Source of the DNA: an uncultured Candidatus Rokubacteria bacterium
Lineage (GTDB): Bacteria; Methylomirabilota; Methylomirabilia; Rokubacteriales; CSP1-6
DNA: 64,000 nucleotides
Direction of reading: 5' to 3'
Assembly: GCA_963762145.1 (NCBI GenBank)
Contig: CAVXJS010000014.1
Location: forward strand, 320,001 to 384,000
This document shows positions 27,135 through 36,733 of this stretch, piece after piece. Made by a program: the position numbers and the translations under genes. A model generated the notes under the pieces. That model was not told where the DNA came from and ran no database searches. It saw only the letters and a list, made by a program, of their open reading frames with translations. The first letter of the stretch is position 1. Every line of letters begins with the position of its first letter.

Positions 27135-28682
27135 ATGAACTGGAAGTCCGAGATGGACGAGCTGAAGCGCCGCGAGGAGTTCGCCGAGGGCCTGGGCGGC
27201 CCGGAGCGGGTCAAGCGGCAGCACGACGGCGGGCGCTACACGATCCGCGAGCGCATCGACCGGCTCGTCGACCCGCAGAGCTTCCACGAGATCGGCAAGA
27301 TCGCCGGGAAGGCCTCCTACGACGCCAAGAACGACCTGAAGGAGCTGACGCCGTCCAACTTCGTCTTCGGCCGGGCGCGGCTCGACGGGCGCCCGGTGGT
27401 GGTGGGCGGCGACGACTTCACGGTGCGGGGCGGCTCCGCCGACGCCACCATCAAGGGCAAGCACAACCAGTGTGAGCAGATGGCCAACGAGCTGCGCCTG
27501 CCGCTCATCCGCATCGTCGAGGGCTCGGGCGGCGGCGGCTCGGTGAAGACCATCGAGACCACCGGGCGCGCCAACGTGCCCGGCGTGGCCGGCTGGGAGT
27601 GGGTGGTCAACAGCATCGGCACGGTGCCGCGCGTCGCGCTCGGCCTGGGCTCGGTGGCCGGGCTCGGCGCCGCGCACCTCGCGGCCGCGCATCTCTCGGT
27701 GATGGTGAAGGACAAGTCGGCGCTCTTCGTGGCCGGCCCGCCGGTGGTCGAGCGGCTCGGCCAGAAGCTCACCAAGAACGAGCTCGGCGGCTGGCAGATC
27801 CAGCTCAAGTCGGGCGCGGTGGACCAGGCGGTGGATACCGAGGAGGAAGCCTTCGCGGTCGCGCGGCGCTTCCTGTCCTATCTGCCCTCCTCCATCTACG
27901 AGCTGCCGCCGCGCGGCCCGCAGACCGACGACCGCGAGCGCCGCGAGGAGTGGCTCTCGGATGCGGTGCCGCGCGACATCCGTAAGCCCTACAAGATGCG
28001 CGCGATCGTGGAAGCGGTGGTGGACCGCGGGTCGTTCTTCGAGATCCAGCCGCTCTACGGCCGCGCCATCATCACCGGGCTGGCGCGCCTCGACGGCTGG
28101 CCGGTGGCGGTCCTGGCCAGCGATCCCTATTTCTACGGGGGCGCCTGGACCGCCGACACCTGCCAGAAGGTGGAGCGCTTCGTGGACTTCGCGCAGACCT
28201 TCCACCTGCCGGTGGTCTACCTGGTGGACTGCCCGGGCTTCCTGATCGGGCTCGAGGCGGAGCAGACCGGGACCATCAAGCAGGGCGTGCGCGCGATGTC
28301 CGCGATCTGGCAGTCCACGATTCCGTGGTGCGCGGTCATCATCCGCAACGTGTTCGGGGTGGCGGGCGCGGCCCACAAGCCGGGCGCGCGCTACGGCCCG
28401 CGCTACGCGTGGCCCTCGGGGCGCTGGGGCTCGCTGCCGCTCGAGGGCGGCATCGAGGCGGCCTACCGCGCCGACCTCGACGGCGCGCCCGATCGCGCCG
28501 CGAAGATGATCGAGATCGAGGAGCGGCTGCAGAAGCTCCGCTCGCCCTTCCGCTCGGCGGAGGCCTTCTGGATCGAGGAGATCATCGATCCGCGTGCCAC
28601 CCGCCCGCTGCTCTGCGAGTTCGCGGAGCTGGCCGCGCCCCTGCGCGAGGTGGGGCCGTTCACTCACCGCATGCGGCCCTGA
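27135..28682 (+). CDS. Acyl-CoA carboxylase carboxyltransferase subunit
   Basis: TIRERI, DDFTVRGGS, ELGG, DCPGFLIG, IIDPRATR; SD GGAGG. Confidence 0.92.
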   Translation: MNWKSEMDELKRREEFAEGLGGPERVKRQHDGGRYTIRERIDRLVDPQSFHEIGKIAGKASYDAKNDLKELTPSNFVFGRARLDGRPVVVGGDDFTVRGGSADATIKGKHNQCEQMANELRLPLIRIVEGSGGGGSVKTIETTGRANVPGVAGWEWVVNSIGTVPRVALGLGSVAGLGAAHLAAAHLSVMVKDKSALFVAGPPVVERLGQKLTKNELGGWQIQLKSGAVDQAVDTEEEAFAVARRFLSYLPSSIYELPPRGPQTDDRERREEWLSDAVPRDIRKPYKMRAIVEAVVDRGSFFEIQPLYGRAIITGLARLDGWPVAVLASDPYFYGGAWTADTCQKVERFVDFAQTFHLPVVYLVDCPGFLIGLEAEQTGTIKQGVRAMSAIWQSTIPWCAVIIRNVFGVAGAAHKPGARYGPRYAWPSGRWGSLPLEGGIEAAYRADLDGAPDRAAKMIEIEERLQKLRSPFRSAEAFWIEEIIDPRATRPLLCEFAELAAPLREVGPFTHRMRP

Positions 28683-28703
28683 GCGGGCTCGGTTGCCCCA
28701 CCA

Positions 28704-28738
28704 CCCCTCTCCCTGCCCTCTCCCCTGAGGGGAGAGGG
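28704..28738. repeat. CCCTCTCCC..GGGAGAGGG palindromic repeat
   Basis: CCCCTCTCCCTGCCCTCTCCCCTGAGGGGAGAGGG. Confidence 0.85.
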
Positions 28739-28764
28739 ACACCGGGATGAAAGGTGTTTCTGAC

Positions 28765-29541
28765 ATGGCGTACAAGGCCTTCGACCTCACCGGCAAGACC
28801 GCGATCGTCACCGGCGGCAACAGCGGTATCGGCCTCGGCATGGCGGAGGCGATGGCGCAGGCGGGCGCCGCGGTCTGCATCTGGGGCACCAACGAGGACA
28901 AGAACGTGCACGCGCTCGCCCGCCTGCACGCGACCGGGGCCAAGGCCCTCGCGCTCCGCTGCGACGTGAGCGACGAGGCGGCGGTGGAGCACGCGTTCGC
29001 GGAGACGGTGTCCGCTCTCGGCGGGGTGGACGCCTGCTTCGTCAACGCGGGCGTCTCCGGCCGCGGCGGCGCCAGGAGCTTCGCCGAGATGACCACCGAG
29101 GAGTGGCACCGGGTGCTCGCGGTGAACCTCGACGGCGCGTTCTTCACCCTGCGCGCGGCGGCCCGGCACATGACCGCGCGCGGCGCGGGCGGCTCGCTCG
29201 CGGTCACCGCGAGCCTCGCCGCGCTCGAGGGCTCGCCCCTCAGCGCCCACTACGCGGCCAGCAAGGGCGCGATGCTGTCGGTGATGCGCGCGCTCTCGGT
29301 CGGCCTCGCGCGCCACAAGATCCGCGTCAACGCCATCGTGCCCGGCTGGATCGACACGCCGATGACCGAGAAGGCCGTCCACGGTGAGGCCTTCCAGACG
29401 CGCGTGCTCCCACGGGTCCCGGTGCGACGCTGGGGCACCGGCAGCGACTTCGGCGGCATCGCGGTCTACCTGGCGAGCGACGCGAGCAGCTACCACACCG
29501 GCGACACCTTCGTCATCGACGGCGGCTACGCCATCTTCTAG
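28765..29541 (+). CDS. Short-chain dehydrogenase/reductase (KduD-like)
   Basis: TGGNSGIG, NAG, YAASK, DGGY. Confidence 0.92.
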   Translation: MAYKAFDLTGKTAIVTGGNSGIGLGMAEAMAQAGAAVCIWGTNEDKNVHALARLHATGAKALALRCDVSDEAAVEHAFAETVSALGGVDACFVNAGVSGRGGARSFAEMTTEEWHRVLAVNLDGAFFTLRAAARHMTARGAGGSLAVTASLAALEGSPLSAHYAASKGAMLSVMRALSVGLARHKIRVNAIVPGWIDTPMTEKAVHGEAFQTRVLPRVPVRRWGTGSDFGGIAVYLASDASSYHTGDTFVIDGGYAIF

Positions 29542-29544
29542 GGA

Positions 29545-29624
29545 CCCTCACCCCAACCCTCTCCCTGAAAGGGAGAGGGGAGTCGAACACCCTCTCCCCT
29601 CAGGGGAGAGGGCAGGGTGAGGGG
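29545..29624. repeat. Two inverted copies of the CCCTCTCCC..GGGAGAGGG repeat between convergent genes
   Basis: CCCTCACCCCAACCCTCTCCC-TGAAA-GGGAGAGGG and CCCTCTCCCCTCAGGGGAGAGGGCAGGGTGAGGGG. Confidence 0.88.
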
Positions 29625-29643
29625 TGGTTCCCACCTCCCACCG

Positions 29644-30195
29644 CTACCGCAGCCGCACCGGCTCCTCCGCCCGCCACTGCCCCGGCGGCAGCGGACCCAG
29701 CGCGTATGGCCCGATCGACGCGCGGATCAGCCGCAGCGTCGGGTGCCCCACCGCCGCGGTCATGCGCCGCACCTGCCGGTTGCGTCCCTCGCGGATCCCG
29801 ATCTCGATCCACGCGGTGGGGATGGCCGCGCGATACCGGATCGGCGGATCGCGCGGCCAGAGCCGGGGCGGCTCGGCGATGAGCCGGGCGCGCGCGGGCC
29901 GCGTGCGCCCGTCCTTGAGGACCACGCCGGCGCGGAGCTGCTCGATCGCGGCCTCGGCGGGCGCGCCCTCCACCTGCGCCCAGTAGGTCTTCTCGACACC
30001 GTGCCGCGGCTCGGCCAGGCGCGCCTGGAGGGCGCCGTCGTCGGTGAGCAGCACGAGCCCTTCGCTGTCGTGATCGAGGCGGCCGGCCGGGTAGACGCCG
30101 GCGACCGAGACGTAGCGGGCGAGGGTGGGCCGGCCCCCCGGGTCGGTGAACTGGCACAGCACGCCGTAGGGCTTGTTGAGGAGGAGCAGCTTCAC
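29644..30195 (-). CDS. rluE: rRNA pseudouridine synthase (RsuA/RluE family)
   Basis: [42 protein letters not shown]. Confidence 0.88.
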   Translation of the reverse strand: MKLLLLNKPYGVLCQFTDPGGRPTLARYVSVAGVYPAGRLDHDSEGLVLLTDDGALQARLAEPRHGVEKTYWAQVEGAPAEAAIEQLRAGVVLKDGRTRPARARLIAEPPRLWPRDPPIRYRAAIPTAWIEIGIREGRNRQVRRMTAAVGHPTLRLIRASIGPYALGPLPPGQWRAEEPVRLR

Positions 30196-31268
30196 TCGGG
30201 TTCGAGGGCCGCCATCTGCCCCGGATCCAGCTCGAGCCAGACCTTCTCGTCCACCTCGAACACCTCGTGCGGGCGCGCGGTCACCCGCAGCGCGAGCGCG
30301 CTCTCCGCGGGGCGCACCGTGTAGTCCCAGTGCTCGCCCAGGTAGGCGCGCTGGGTGACCTGGCCCGGCACGACGCTCGCGCGCTGCGCCGCGGGCGGCG
30401 GCTGGCGGTGCAGCACGATGGACTGCGGCCGCAGCGAGAAGCTCACCCGACCCGCGAGGGCGGTCGGCTCCGCGAAGGCGCGCCGCGCGATCGCGAAGCG
30501 ATCGAAGACGACCTCCTCGCCGCGGACCTCCCCGTCCAGCAGATTGGTACGCCCGATGAAGCCGGCCACGAATCGCGTGCGGGGTCGCGCATAGAGGGCG
30601 CGCGGGGCGTCCACCTGCTCGACCCGGCCCTGGTTCATGACCGCGATGCGGTCCGAGGTGACCATCGCCTCCGCCTGGTCGTGCGTCACGTAGACCGTGG
30701 TGATGTGGAACTCGTCGTGGAGGCGGCGGATCTCGTAGCGCATCTCCTCGCGCAGGTTGGCGTCGAGGTTGCTCAGCGGCTCGTCGAGCAGCAGCACCGC
30801 CGGCTGGACCACGATGGCGCGGGCCAGCGCGACGCGCTGCTGCTGGCCGCCCGACAGCTCTTGCGGATAGCGCGCGCCCAGGTGGCCCATCTGCACCACG
30901 TCGAGGATCTTGGCCACCTTGGCCGCGATCTCCGCCTTGCCCAGGCGCCGCACCTCGAGCCCGAAGGCCACGTTCTCCGCGACGGTCATGTTGGGCCAGA
31001 TCGCGTAGCTCTGGAAGATCATGGACATGTTGCGCTTCTCGGGCGGCAGCGAGGAGCTCGGCGAGGAGATGGTGCGCCCGTCCATCGCGATGGTGCCCGC
31101 GCTCGGATCGAGGAAGCCCGCGATCATCCGCAGCGTGGTGGTCTTGCCGCAGCCCGACGGCCCCAGGAGCGAGACGAACTCGCCGGGCGGCAGCGTCAGG
31201 CTGAAGCGATCCACCGCGGTCACGCTGCCGAAGCGGCGGCTCACGTCGGTGAGGACGAGACGGCTCAC
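30192..31268 (-). CDS. ABC transporter ATP-binding protein (FbpC/PotA-type)
   Basis: [29 protein letters not shown]-like C-terminus. Confidence 0.95.
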   Translation of the reverse strand: MSRLVLTDVSRRFGSVTAVDRFSLTLPPGEFVSLLGPSGCGKTTTLRMIAGFLDPSAGTIAMDGRTISSPSSSLPPEKRNMSMIFQSYAIWPNMTVAENVAFGLEVRRLGKAEIAAKVAKILDVVQMGHLGARYPQELSGGQQQRVALARAIVVQPAVLLLDEPLSNLDANLREEMRYEIRRLHDEFHITTVYVTHDQAEAMVTSDRIAVMNQGRVEQVDAPRALYARPRTRFVAGFIGRTNLLDGEVRGEEVVFDRFAIARRAFAEPTALAGRVSFSLRPQSIVLHRQPPPAAQRASVVPGQVTQRAYLGEHWDYTVRPAESALALRVTARPHEVFEVDEKVWLELDPGQMAALEPE

Positions 31269-32956
31269 GTGGCGGTCCTCCGCAGCAGGAAGTCCCGGCC
31301 GACCAGGCGGAAGCCCACCAGCACGAGCGCCACCGTGACCACGACGAGGATCAGGCCCATCGAGGAGAGGATCTCGAAGTTGCCCTCGTCGCTCTTGTCG
31401 AAGAGCAGCACCGAGAGCACCTGGGTGCCGGTGGTGTAGAGGAAGATCGCGGAGGACAGCTCGCGGGTGGCCGGGATGAACACCAGGATGAAGGCGCCCG
31501 CGAGCCCGCGCTTGAGCAGCGGCGCCACCACCCGGCGCAGGGCGAGCAGGCGGCTGCCGCCCAGGATGCGCGCGGCGTCCTCCAGCTCCGGGTTGATGCT
31601 GCGCAGCGCCGCGTCGCTGTTGGTGTACGCGATGGGCAGGAAGCGGGTCGCGAAGGCCAGGATCAGGATCCACGCGGTGCCGTAGAGCACCAGCGGCTTC
31701 GTGGTGTAGGCCGCGTAGAAGCCGATCGCGAGCACGATGCCCGGGATGACGAAGGGCGCCATCGCCACGTAGGTCAGCGCGCGGCCGAACGGCACCAGGC
31801 GCCGGGCCACGATGTAGGCGATGGCGAGTGCCAGGCCGAGCGCGATGATCGAGGCGGCGCCCGCATAGACGAAGGTGTTCACGGTGGCCGCGCGGGTGGC
31901 GGTCTGATCGAAGAGCACGAAGCGCAGATTGCGCAGGGTGACGTTGTCCCAGCCGAAGCCGCGGCCCCACGCGCGCGCGAGGGCCGCCTGCACGATCACC
32001 AGCATCGGCACGAAGAACGACAGCGAGGTCACGAAGAGGCAGTAGCCGAGGAGCACCCACCGCCACGGGCCGAGTCGGACCATCCGGCGCTCGCCGCCCT
32101 TGCCGGTCAGGGCCACGAACCCCTTCCGGGCGATGATCCGGTACTGCAGCCAGAACAGCCCGACCGTGATCAGGAGCAGTGGCATCGCGTAGGCCGCGGC
32201 CACCTGCAGGCGCGGCGGGAACTCGAACATCTGCCAGAGCATCGTGGTCATGACCTGGAAGCGCGCGGGGAGGGCGATGAGGGCGGGGGTGCCGAAGAGC
32301 GCGATCGCCTCGAGGAACTCCACGATGAAGGCGCCCATGATCGCGGGCAGCGCGAGCGGCAGGGTGACCCGCAGCGTGGTGCGGAGCGCGGAGGCGCCGA
32401 GGGTGCTCGCCGCGTCCTCCATCTCCGAGGAGATCAGGTCGAGGGCGGAGCGCGTGAACACGAACATGTAGGGGAAGGAGTAGCAGGCGATGACGAGCAC
32501 GAGCCCGGACATGGAGTAGATGTTGAACGGGCCGGCCGCGGCCCCGGTGAGCCCGGTGTAGATGCGGTTGAGCCAGCCCGCGTTGGGCCCGGCCATGAGG
32601 ATCCACGCCACCGCGCCCAGGTAGTTCGGCATGATGAACGTACCGAGCACCGCGGCCCACACCAGGCCCTTGCCGGGCATGTCGGTGCGGGACACCGCCC
32701 ACGCCATGGGCACCCCGAAGACGAGGCAGAGCGTCGCCGCGGCCAGGCCGACGACGAGCGAGTTGATCAGGGCTTCGATGTTGCGCCAGCGCCCGTAGGC
32801 CGCCGCGTAGTTCTGGAGCGTGAAGGCGCCGGTCTCCGGATGCTCGAAGCTCGCCCACAGGAGGCGGGCGAGCGGGTTGACCACGAGCAGCAGCAGCAGC
32901 GCGATCAGCAGCAGCCAGACGACGAGCGACCTGTCGAAGGACCGGTCAGATGCCAA
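31265..32956 (-). CDS. ABC transporter permease (FbpB-type, duplicated domain)
   Basis: Two EDAA..LG loops, about 12 TMs. Confidence 0.92.
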   Translation of the reverse strand: MASDRSFDRSLVVWLLLIALLLLLVVNPLARLLWASFEHPETGAFTLQNYAAAYGRWRNIEALINSLVVGLAAATLCLVFGVPMAWAVSRTDMPGKGLVWAAVLGTFIMPNYLGAVAWILMAGPNAGWLNRIYTGLTGAAAGPFNIYSMSGLVLVIACYSFPYMFVFTRSALDLISSEMEDAASTLGASALRTTLRVTLPLALPAIMGAFIVEFLEAIALFGTPALIALPARFQVMTTMLWQMFEFPPRLQVAAAYAMPLLLITVGLFWLQYRIIARKGFVALTGKGGERRMVRLGPWRWVLLGYCLFVTSLSFFVPMLVIVQAALARAWGRGFGWDNVTLRNLRFVLFDQTATRAATVNTFVYAGAASIIALGLALAIAYIVARRLVPFGRALTYVAMAPFVIPGIVLAIGFYAAYTTKPLVLYGTAWILILAFATRFLPIAYTNSDAALRSINPELEDAARILGGSRLLALRRVVAPLLKRGLAGAFILVFIPATRELSSAIFLYTTGTQVLSVLLFDKSDEGNFEILSSMGLILVVVTVALVLVGFRLVGRDFLLRRTAT

Positions 32957-33995
32957 AGGTCTCGCGGAAGAGCTCCTTGACCTCGGGGATGCCCTTCTCG
33001 ATCTCGACGGGGGTCGGCCGGATCGTCTTGATCTCCGCGATCGACTTGCCGCCCGCCATCGGCTTCACGTTCTTGTTCACCGGGTCCTGGTGCTGCTCCA
33101 CCATCACCTGGTTGCCGTCGCGGCCCAGCAGGTACTCCATGAAGAGCTTGGCCGCGTTGGGGGCGGGGGCGTTCTTGAGGATGCCGGAGGCCGAGACCAT
33201 CAGGACCGCCCCGTCTTCCGGATAGACCACCGCGAGCGGGTTGCCCTTGGCCTTGCTCTCCAGCGTGGTCGCCGACGGCCCCGCCGCCACGATGGACTCC
33301 TTCGCGTTCAGCATCGTCACGGTGTCGTTGATCGAGCGGCCGATGCGCGGCTTGTTCAGCTCGAGCTTCTTGAAATAGTCCCAGCCGTAGAGCTTCTTCA
33401 TCTGGACGACCCAGGTGCCCACGTAGCCGCTGAAGCCGGGATGACCGATCGAGACCTTGTTCTTCCACTTGGGGTCGGCGAGGTCGGTCCACTTCTTGGG
33501 GGCCTCCGAGGCCGAGACCACGCTGGTGTTGTAGGTGATCAGCACCAGGCCCGCCGCGGTCGCGATGAAGAGGTCCTCCGGATCGTTGAATGAGCGGAAC
33601 GCGTCCACCAGCTCGGGCAGGTTCTTGGGCTTGTAGGGCTGGAGCCACCCGTCCTGCTTCATCTTGGTGTAGTGGCTCTGGTCGGTGGAGCTGATCATGG
33701 AGGCCTGGGCGATGCCCGCCTTCTGGTCCTGGGCGAGCCGCTGGTAGGCCACCTGGGCGGTGGTGCGGATGTAGTTGCACTTCACGCCGGGGTACTTCTT
33801 CTCGAAGCCCTGGCAGAGTGCGGCCGCGGTCTCCGAGTTGTAGTGCGCGGTGTACCAGGTGAACTCCTTCTCCTTCTTGGCCGCCTCGTGGAGCGCCTTC
33901 TCGCCGTCGAAGGCCGCGGCGGCCCCGGCGGTGCCCAGGCCGAGCGCGACCGTCAAGGCGAGAGCTGCCAGCAGAGATCTCCGGATGGCCGTCAT
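32946..33995 (-). CDS. ABC transporter extracellular solute-binding protein (FbpA/AfuA-like)
   Basis: Signal peptide, YNT..PKKWTDLADPKWK, PNAAKLFMEYLL; ATG 33995. Confidence 0.9.
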   Translation of the reverse strand: MTAIRRSLLAALALTVALGLGTAGAAAAFDGEKALHEAAKKEKEFTWYTAHYNSETAAALCQGFEKKYPGVKCNYIRTTAQVAYQRLAQDQKAGIAQASMISSTDQSHYTKMKQDGWLQPYKPKNLPELVDAFRSFNDPEDLFIATAAGLVLITYNTSVVSASEAPKKWTDLADPKWKNKVSIGHPGFSGYVGTWVVQMKKLYGWDYFKKLELNKPRIGRSINDTVTMLNAKESIVAAGPSATTLESKAKGNPLAVVYPEDGAVLMVSASGILKNAPAPNAAKLFMEYLLGRDGNQVMVEQHQDPVNKNVKPMAGGKSIAEIKTIRPTPVEIEKGIPEVKELFRETFGI

Positions 33996-34534
33996 GCGTC
34001 GTACCCCCCTTCGAGGACCGCGTGGCTGCGGGGACCCATCGGCGCCACGCCGAAGGTCCGGTGAAGCCGCCCGAGCATGATGAAGGCGCCGGTGATCAGC
34101 CCCAGCTCCACCAGCTCGCCGTCGGTGAAATGCGTGCGCATCTCCTTCATGAACGTGTCGTCGATCGCGGTGTGGTTCGCGGCGAGCTTCTGAGCGAAAT
34201 CCAGCGCGGCCCGCTCTCGCTCGGTCGGCTCCGTCTCCCCGCGGAGCTTCGGCAGCAGCTCGCGGTACAGTCCCGGCGCCCTCTCCGAGGGCTCGCGCGC
34301 GGTCGCTCAGCGCGCGCATTCGTTGAGCCCGGCGATCTTGAGCCGCACCAGCTCCTTCAGCGCGAAGGGAAGCCGCCCGCCGTACTTCGTGGGCCGGTAG
34401 AAGCGCAGGAAGGCCGCGAAGAGCTCGGGGCAGTGGCCGTAGATCCCGTACATCTCGTCGCCGGAGGCCTCCGCCATGCGGCGCAGCTCGGGATCGGCGA
34501 TCGCGTCGGGCGGCAGGACCTCGAGGCGGGCCAT
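33992..34534 (-). CDS. AhpD/carboxymuconolactone decarboxylase-like selenoprotein (CxxU), 180 aa
   Basis: LKELVRLKIAGLNE-C-A-R-[TGA 34307-34309] continues in frame for 104 codons (ERERAALDFAQKL..HFTDGELVELGL) to TGA 33992, which overlaps the next ATG. Confidence 0.85.
34278..34292 (-). promoter_or_regulatory. Putative bacterial SECIS hairpin
   Basis: GCCCUC-GGA-GAGGGC starting 14 nt after the UGA. Confidence 0.65.
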
Positions 34535-34537
34535 CGG

Positions 34538-35365
34538 CTAGCGCCCGGTGAAGCGGGGCGCGCGCTTTTCCACGAAGTGGGCCACGCCCTCCTTGAAGTC
34601 CTCGCTGGTGAAGCTCTTCCGCATCTCTTCCTCGCCCACCGCGGTGGCTTCCGCCAGGCTCTGGAACTGCGCCTCCCAGATCTGGCGCTTCATGACCCGG
34701 AGCGAGCGGGGCGACACCAGGTCGGCCAGCTCGCGCGCGAAGGCCCGCACGTCCTCCTGGAGGGTGACGGCCGGCTTCACCTGGGAGACGAGGCCCATCG
34801 CGAGCGCCTCCGCCGCGGTGATCTTGCGCGCGGAGAGCAGCAGGTCGAGGCCGTGCTGCAGGCCCACCAGGCGGGGCAGCATCCAGCTCACCCCGTGCTC
34901 GGCGATGAGGCCGCGGCGCGAGAACGCGGTGGTGAAGACCGCGGTGTCGGCCGCGATGCGCAGATCGCAGTAGAGCGAGACCACGAGGCCGAGCCCGGCG
35001 GTCGCCCCGTTCAGCGCCGCGATGATCGGCTTGGGCACCGTCGGGAAGTAGGCGTAGGGGCCGCGGAAGTCCGGGCGCACCGCCGGGTCGCCGGCGGATT
35101 CACGCGCGGCCGCGGCTTCGCCGGGCTCCTGCCGACCCGTGCCCACGATCCCGGAGAGCAGCTGCATGTCCGCGCCCGCGCAGAACCCGCGGCCGGCGCC
35201 GGTCAGCACGATCACGCGCACCGCCTCGTCGCGCGCCGCCTCGTCCATGGCCTGCCGCACCTCGCGCCCCATCACCGCGGTCCATGCGTTCAGCTTGTCG
35301 GGCCGGTTCAGGGTGACGGTGGCGACGCGGTCCTTCACCTCGTACAGGATCTGCTCGTAGCCCAT
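34538..35365 (-). CDS. Enoyl-CoA hydratase/isomerase family protein
   Basis: LNRPDKLNA, FCAGAD, KPIIAALNG, EGVAHFVEKRAPRF. Confidence 0.93.
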   Translation of the reverse strand: MGYEQILYEVKDRVATVTLNRPDKLNAWTAVMGREVRQAMDEAARDEAVRVIVLTGAGRGFCAGADMQLLSGIVGTGRQEPGEAAAARESAGDPAVRPDFRGPYAYFPTVPKPIIAALNGATAGLGLVVSLYCDLRIAADTAVFTTAFSRRGLIAEHGVSWMLPRLVGLQHGLDLLLSARKITAAEALAMGLVSQVKPAVTLQEDVRAFARELADLVSPRSLRVMKRQIWEAQFQSLAEATAVGEEEMRKSFTSEDFKEGVAHFVEKRAPRFTGR

Positions 35366-35409
35366 GGTGAGCGCTCCCCCCGCGTGACGTGCCCCGCATG
35401 ATAGCCCAC

Positions 35410-35506
35410 GGGGTCAGGTCTTGAAATACGACATTTCGCGGCGGGGTCAGGTCTTACATTCCGACATTTCGACGCAGCGCGATGTCGTATTTCAAGACCT
35501 GACCCC
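35410..35506. repeat. REP-like cluster: three copies of GGGGTCAGGTCTT...GACAT
   Basis: Direct copies at 35410-35438 and 35443-35471; inverted copy at 35482-35506 matches copy 1 exactly over 25 nt. Confidence 0.88.
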
Positions 35507-36733
35507 AGATTCGCGGTCGATGGCGGGGCCCGCCAGGAGGGAGACGATCGCGACGAGGCCGGAGAGGACGGCGAAGACCGCCCAGGCGACCGCGTAGGAG
35601 TCGAAGCCCTCGAGGAGAAGGCCGAAGACGGGCGGGCCGACCAGGAGCCCCAGCACGATGGCGGCGAAGGCCACGCCGCTCAGGAGTCCGGCCTGGCTCC
35701 GGCCGCCGGCCTCCACGCTGATCACGAAGAAGATGCCGACCCAGCCGTAGGCGCCGACCCCGGTGGCGAAGGCGAGCGCGCCCGCCAGGCCGGCCGAGGA
35801 GGCGGGCCAGATCGCGTAGACCGCGAAGATGACCGCGCCCACCGCGCCGGTGAACGCGAGCCAGAGCGAGCGCCGCCCGGCGGCCCACCGATCGCTCGCC
35901 GCGCCCAGCACGAGGCGCGAGACCGCGCCGCCGGCCTGCGAGGCGGCCACGAGCAGGCCGGCGCCGATCTTGTCGAAGCCGAGCGCCTGGATCGTGAAGA
36001 GGGGCAGGTAGCTCAGCACCGCGCCCTGGACCATGCCGAGCCCCAGCCCGGTGGCGAAGAAGATGACCAGCGCGGGTCGCCGCGCCCACCACCAGCTCGA
36101 CACCGCGTCGCCCGGCCCGGCGATGGTGGCCGCGCCCCGCGCGCCCGCGTTGAAGGCGGCGAGCGGCCGCCAGCCGAGCGCGACCGGCACCGCCACGATC
36201 ACCGAGCACGCGCCGACCGCGTAGCGCCATCCCAGCGTGGCCGCGATCGCGGGCAGGGCGAGGGCCGCGACCAGACCGCCCAGCGTGAGCCCCATCTGCT
36301 TGACGCCCATCGCGATGCCGCGCTCGCTCACCGGGAAGACGTCCATGATGGCCTTGCCCAGCGCCGGGTTGACGACGCTCCACCCGCTGCCCGCCACGAA
36401 CAGACAGAAGAGGAAGGCGAGGAAGCCGGGCGCGAGCGCGGCCGCGAGCAATCCGACCGCGGCCACCGCGAGGCCGCCCAGGAACGACGGGCGCACCCCG
36501 AGGCGATCGGCGAGGCGGCCCCCGGGCAGCGAGAAGACGAGCCCGGAGAGATAGATGGACGGGACCAGGAAGGCGACCTGGAATCGGGTGAGCCCGAGCC
36601 CCTCCACGAGGCTCGGCGACAGCGGCGAGATGCCGAGCATGCCGAAGGCACCCGCGCCATAGGACACGGTGAGGATCGTCAGCAGGCGCCAGCGCCCCGT
36701 CGGCGCCGTCGGCGCGGGAGCGGTCTCGCTCAC
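35492..36733 (-). CDS. MFS transporter
   Basis: GRLADRLGVR motif A, about 12 TMs; GTG 36733 overlaps upstream stop. Confidence 0.9.
   Translation of the reverse strand: MSETAPAPTAPTGRWRLLTILTVSYGAGAFGMLGISPLSPSLVEGLGLTRFQVAFLVPSIYLSGLVFSLPGGRLADRLGVRPSFLGGLAVAAVGLLAAALAPGFLAFLFCLFVAGSGWSVVNPALGKAIMDVFPVSERGIAMGVKQMGLTLGGLVAALALPAIAATLGWRYAVGACSVIVAVPVALGWRPLAAFNAGARGAATIAGPGDAVSSWWWARRPALVIFFATGLGLGMVQGAVLSYLPLFTIQALGFDKIGAGLLVAASQAGGAVSRLVLGAASDRWAAGRRSLWLAFTGAVGAVIFAVYAIWPASSAGLAGALAFATGVGAYGWVGIFFVISVEAGGRSQAGLLSGVAFAAIVLGLLVGPPVFGLLLEGFDSYAVAWAVFAVLSGLVAIVSLLAGPAIDRESGVRS

Noticed and set aside
22564-29624. Repeats as a possible CRISPR array
   Set aside because: Dispersed or tandem with no unique spacers, and no cas genes in the window
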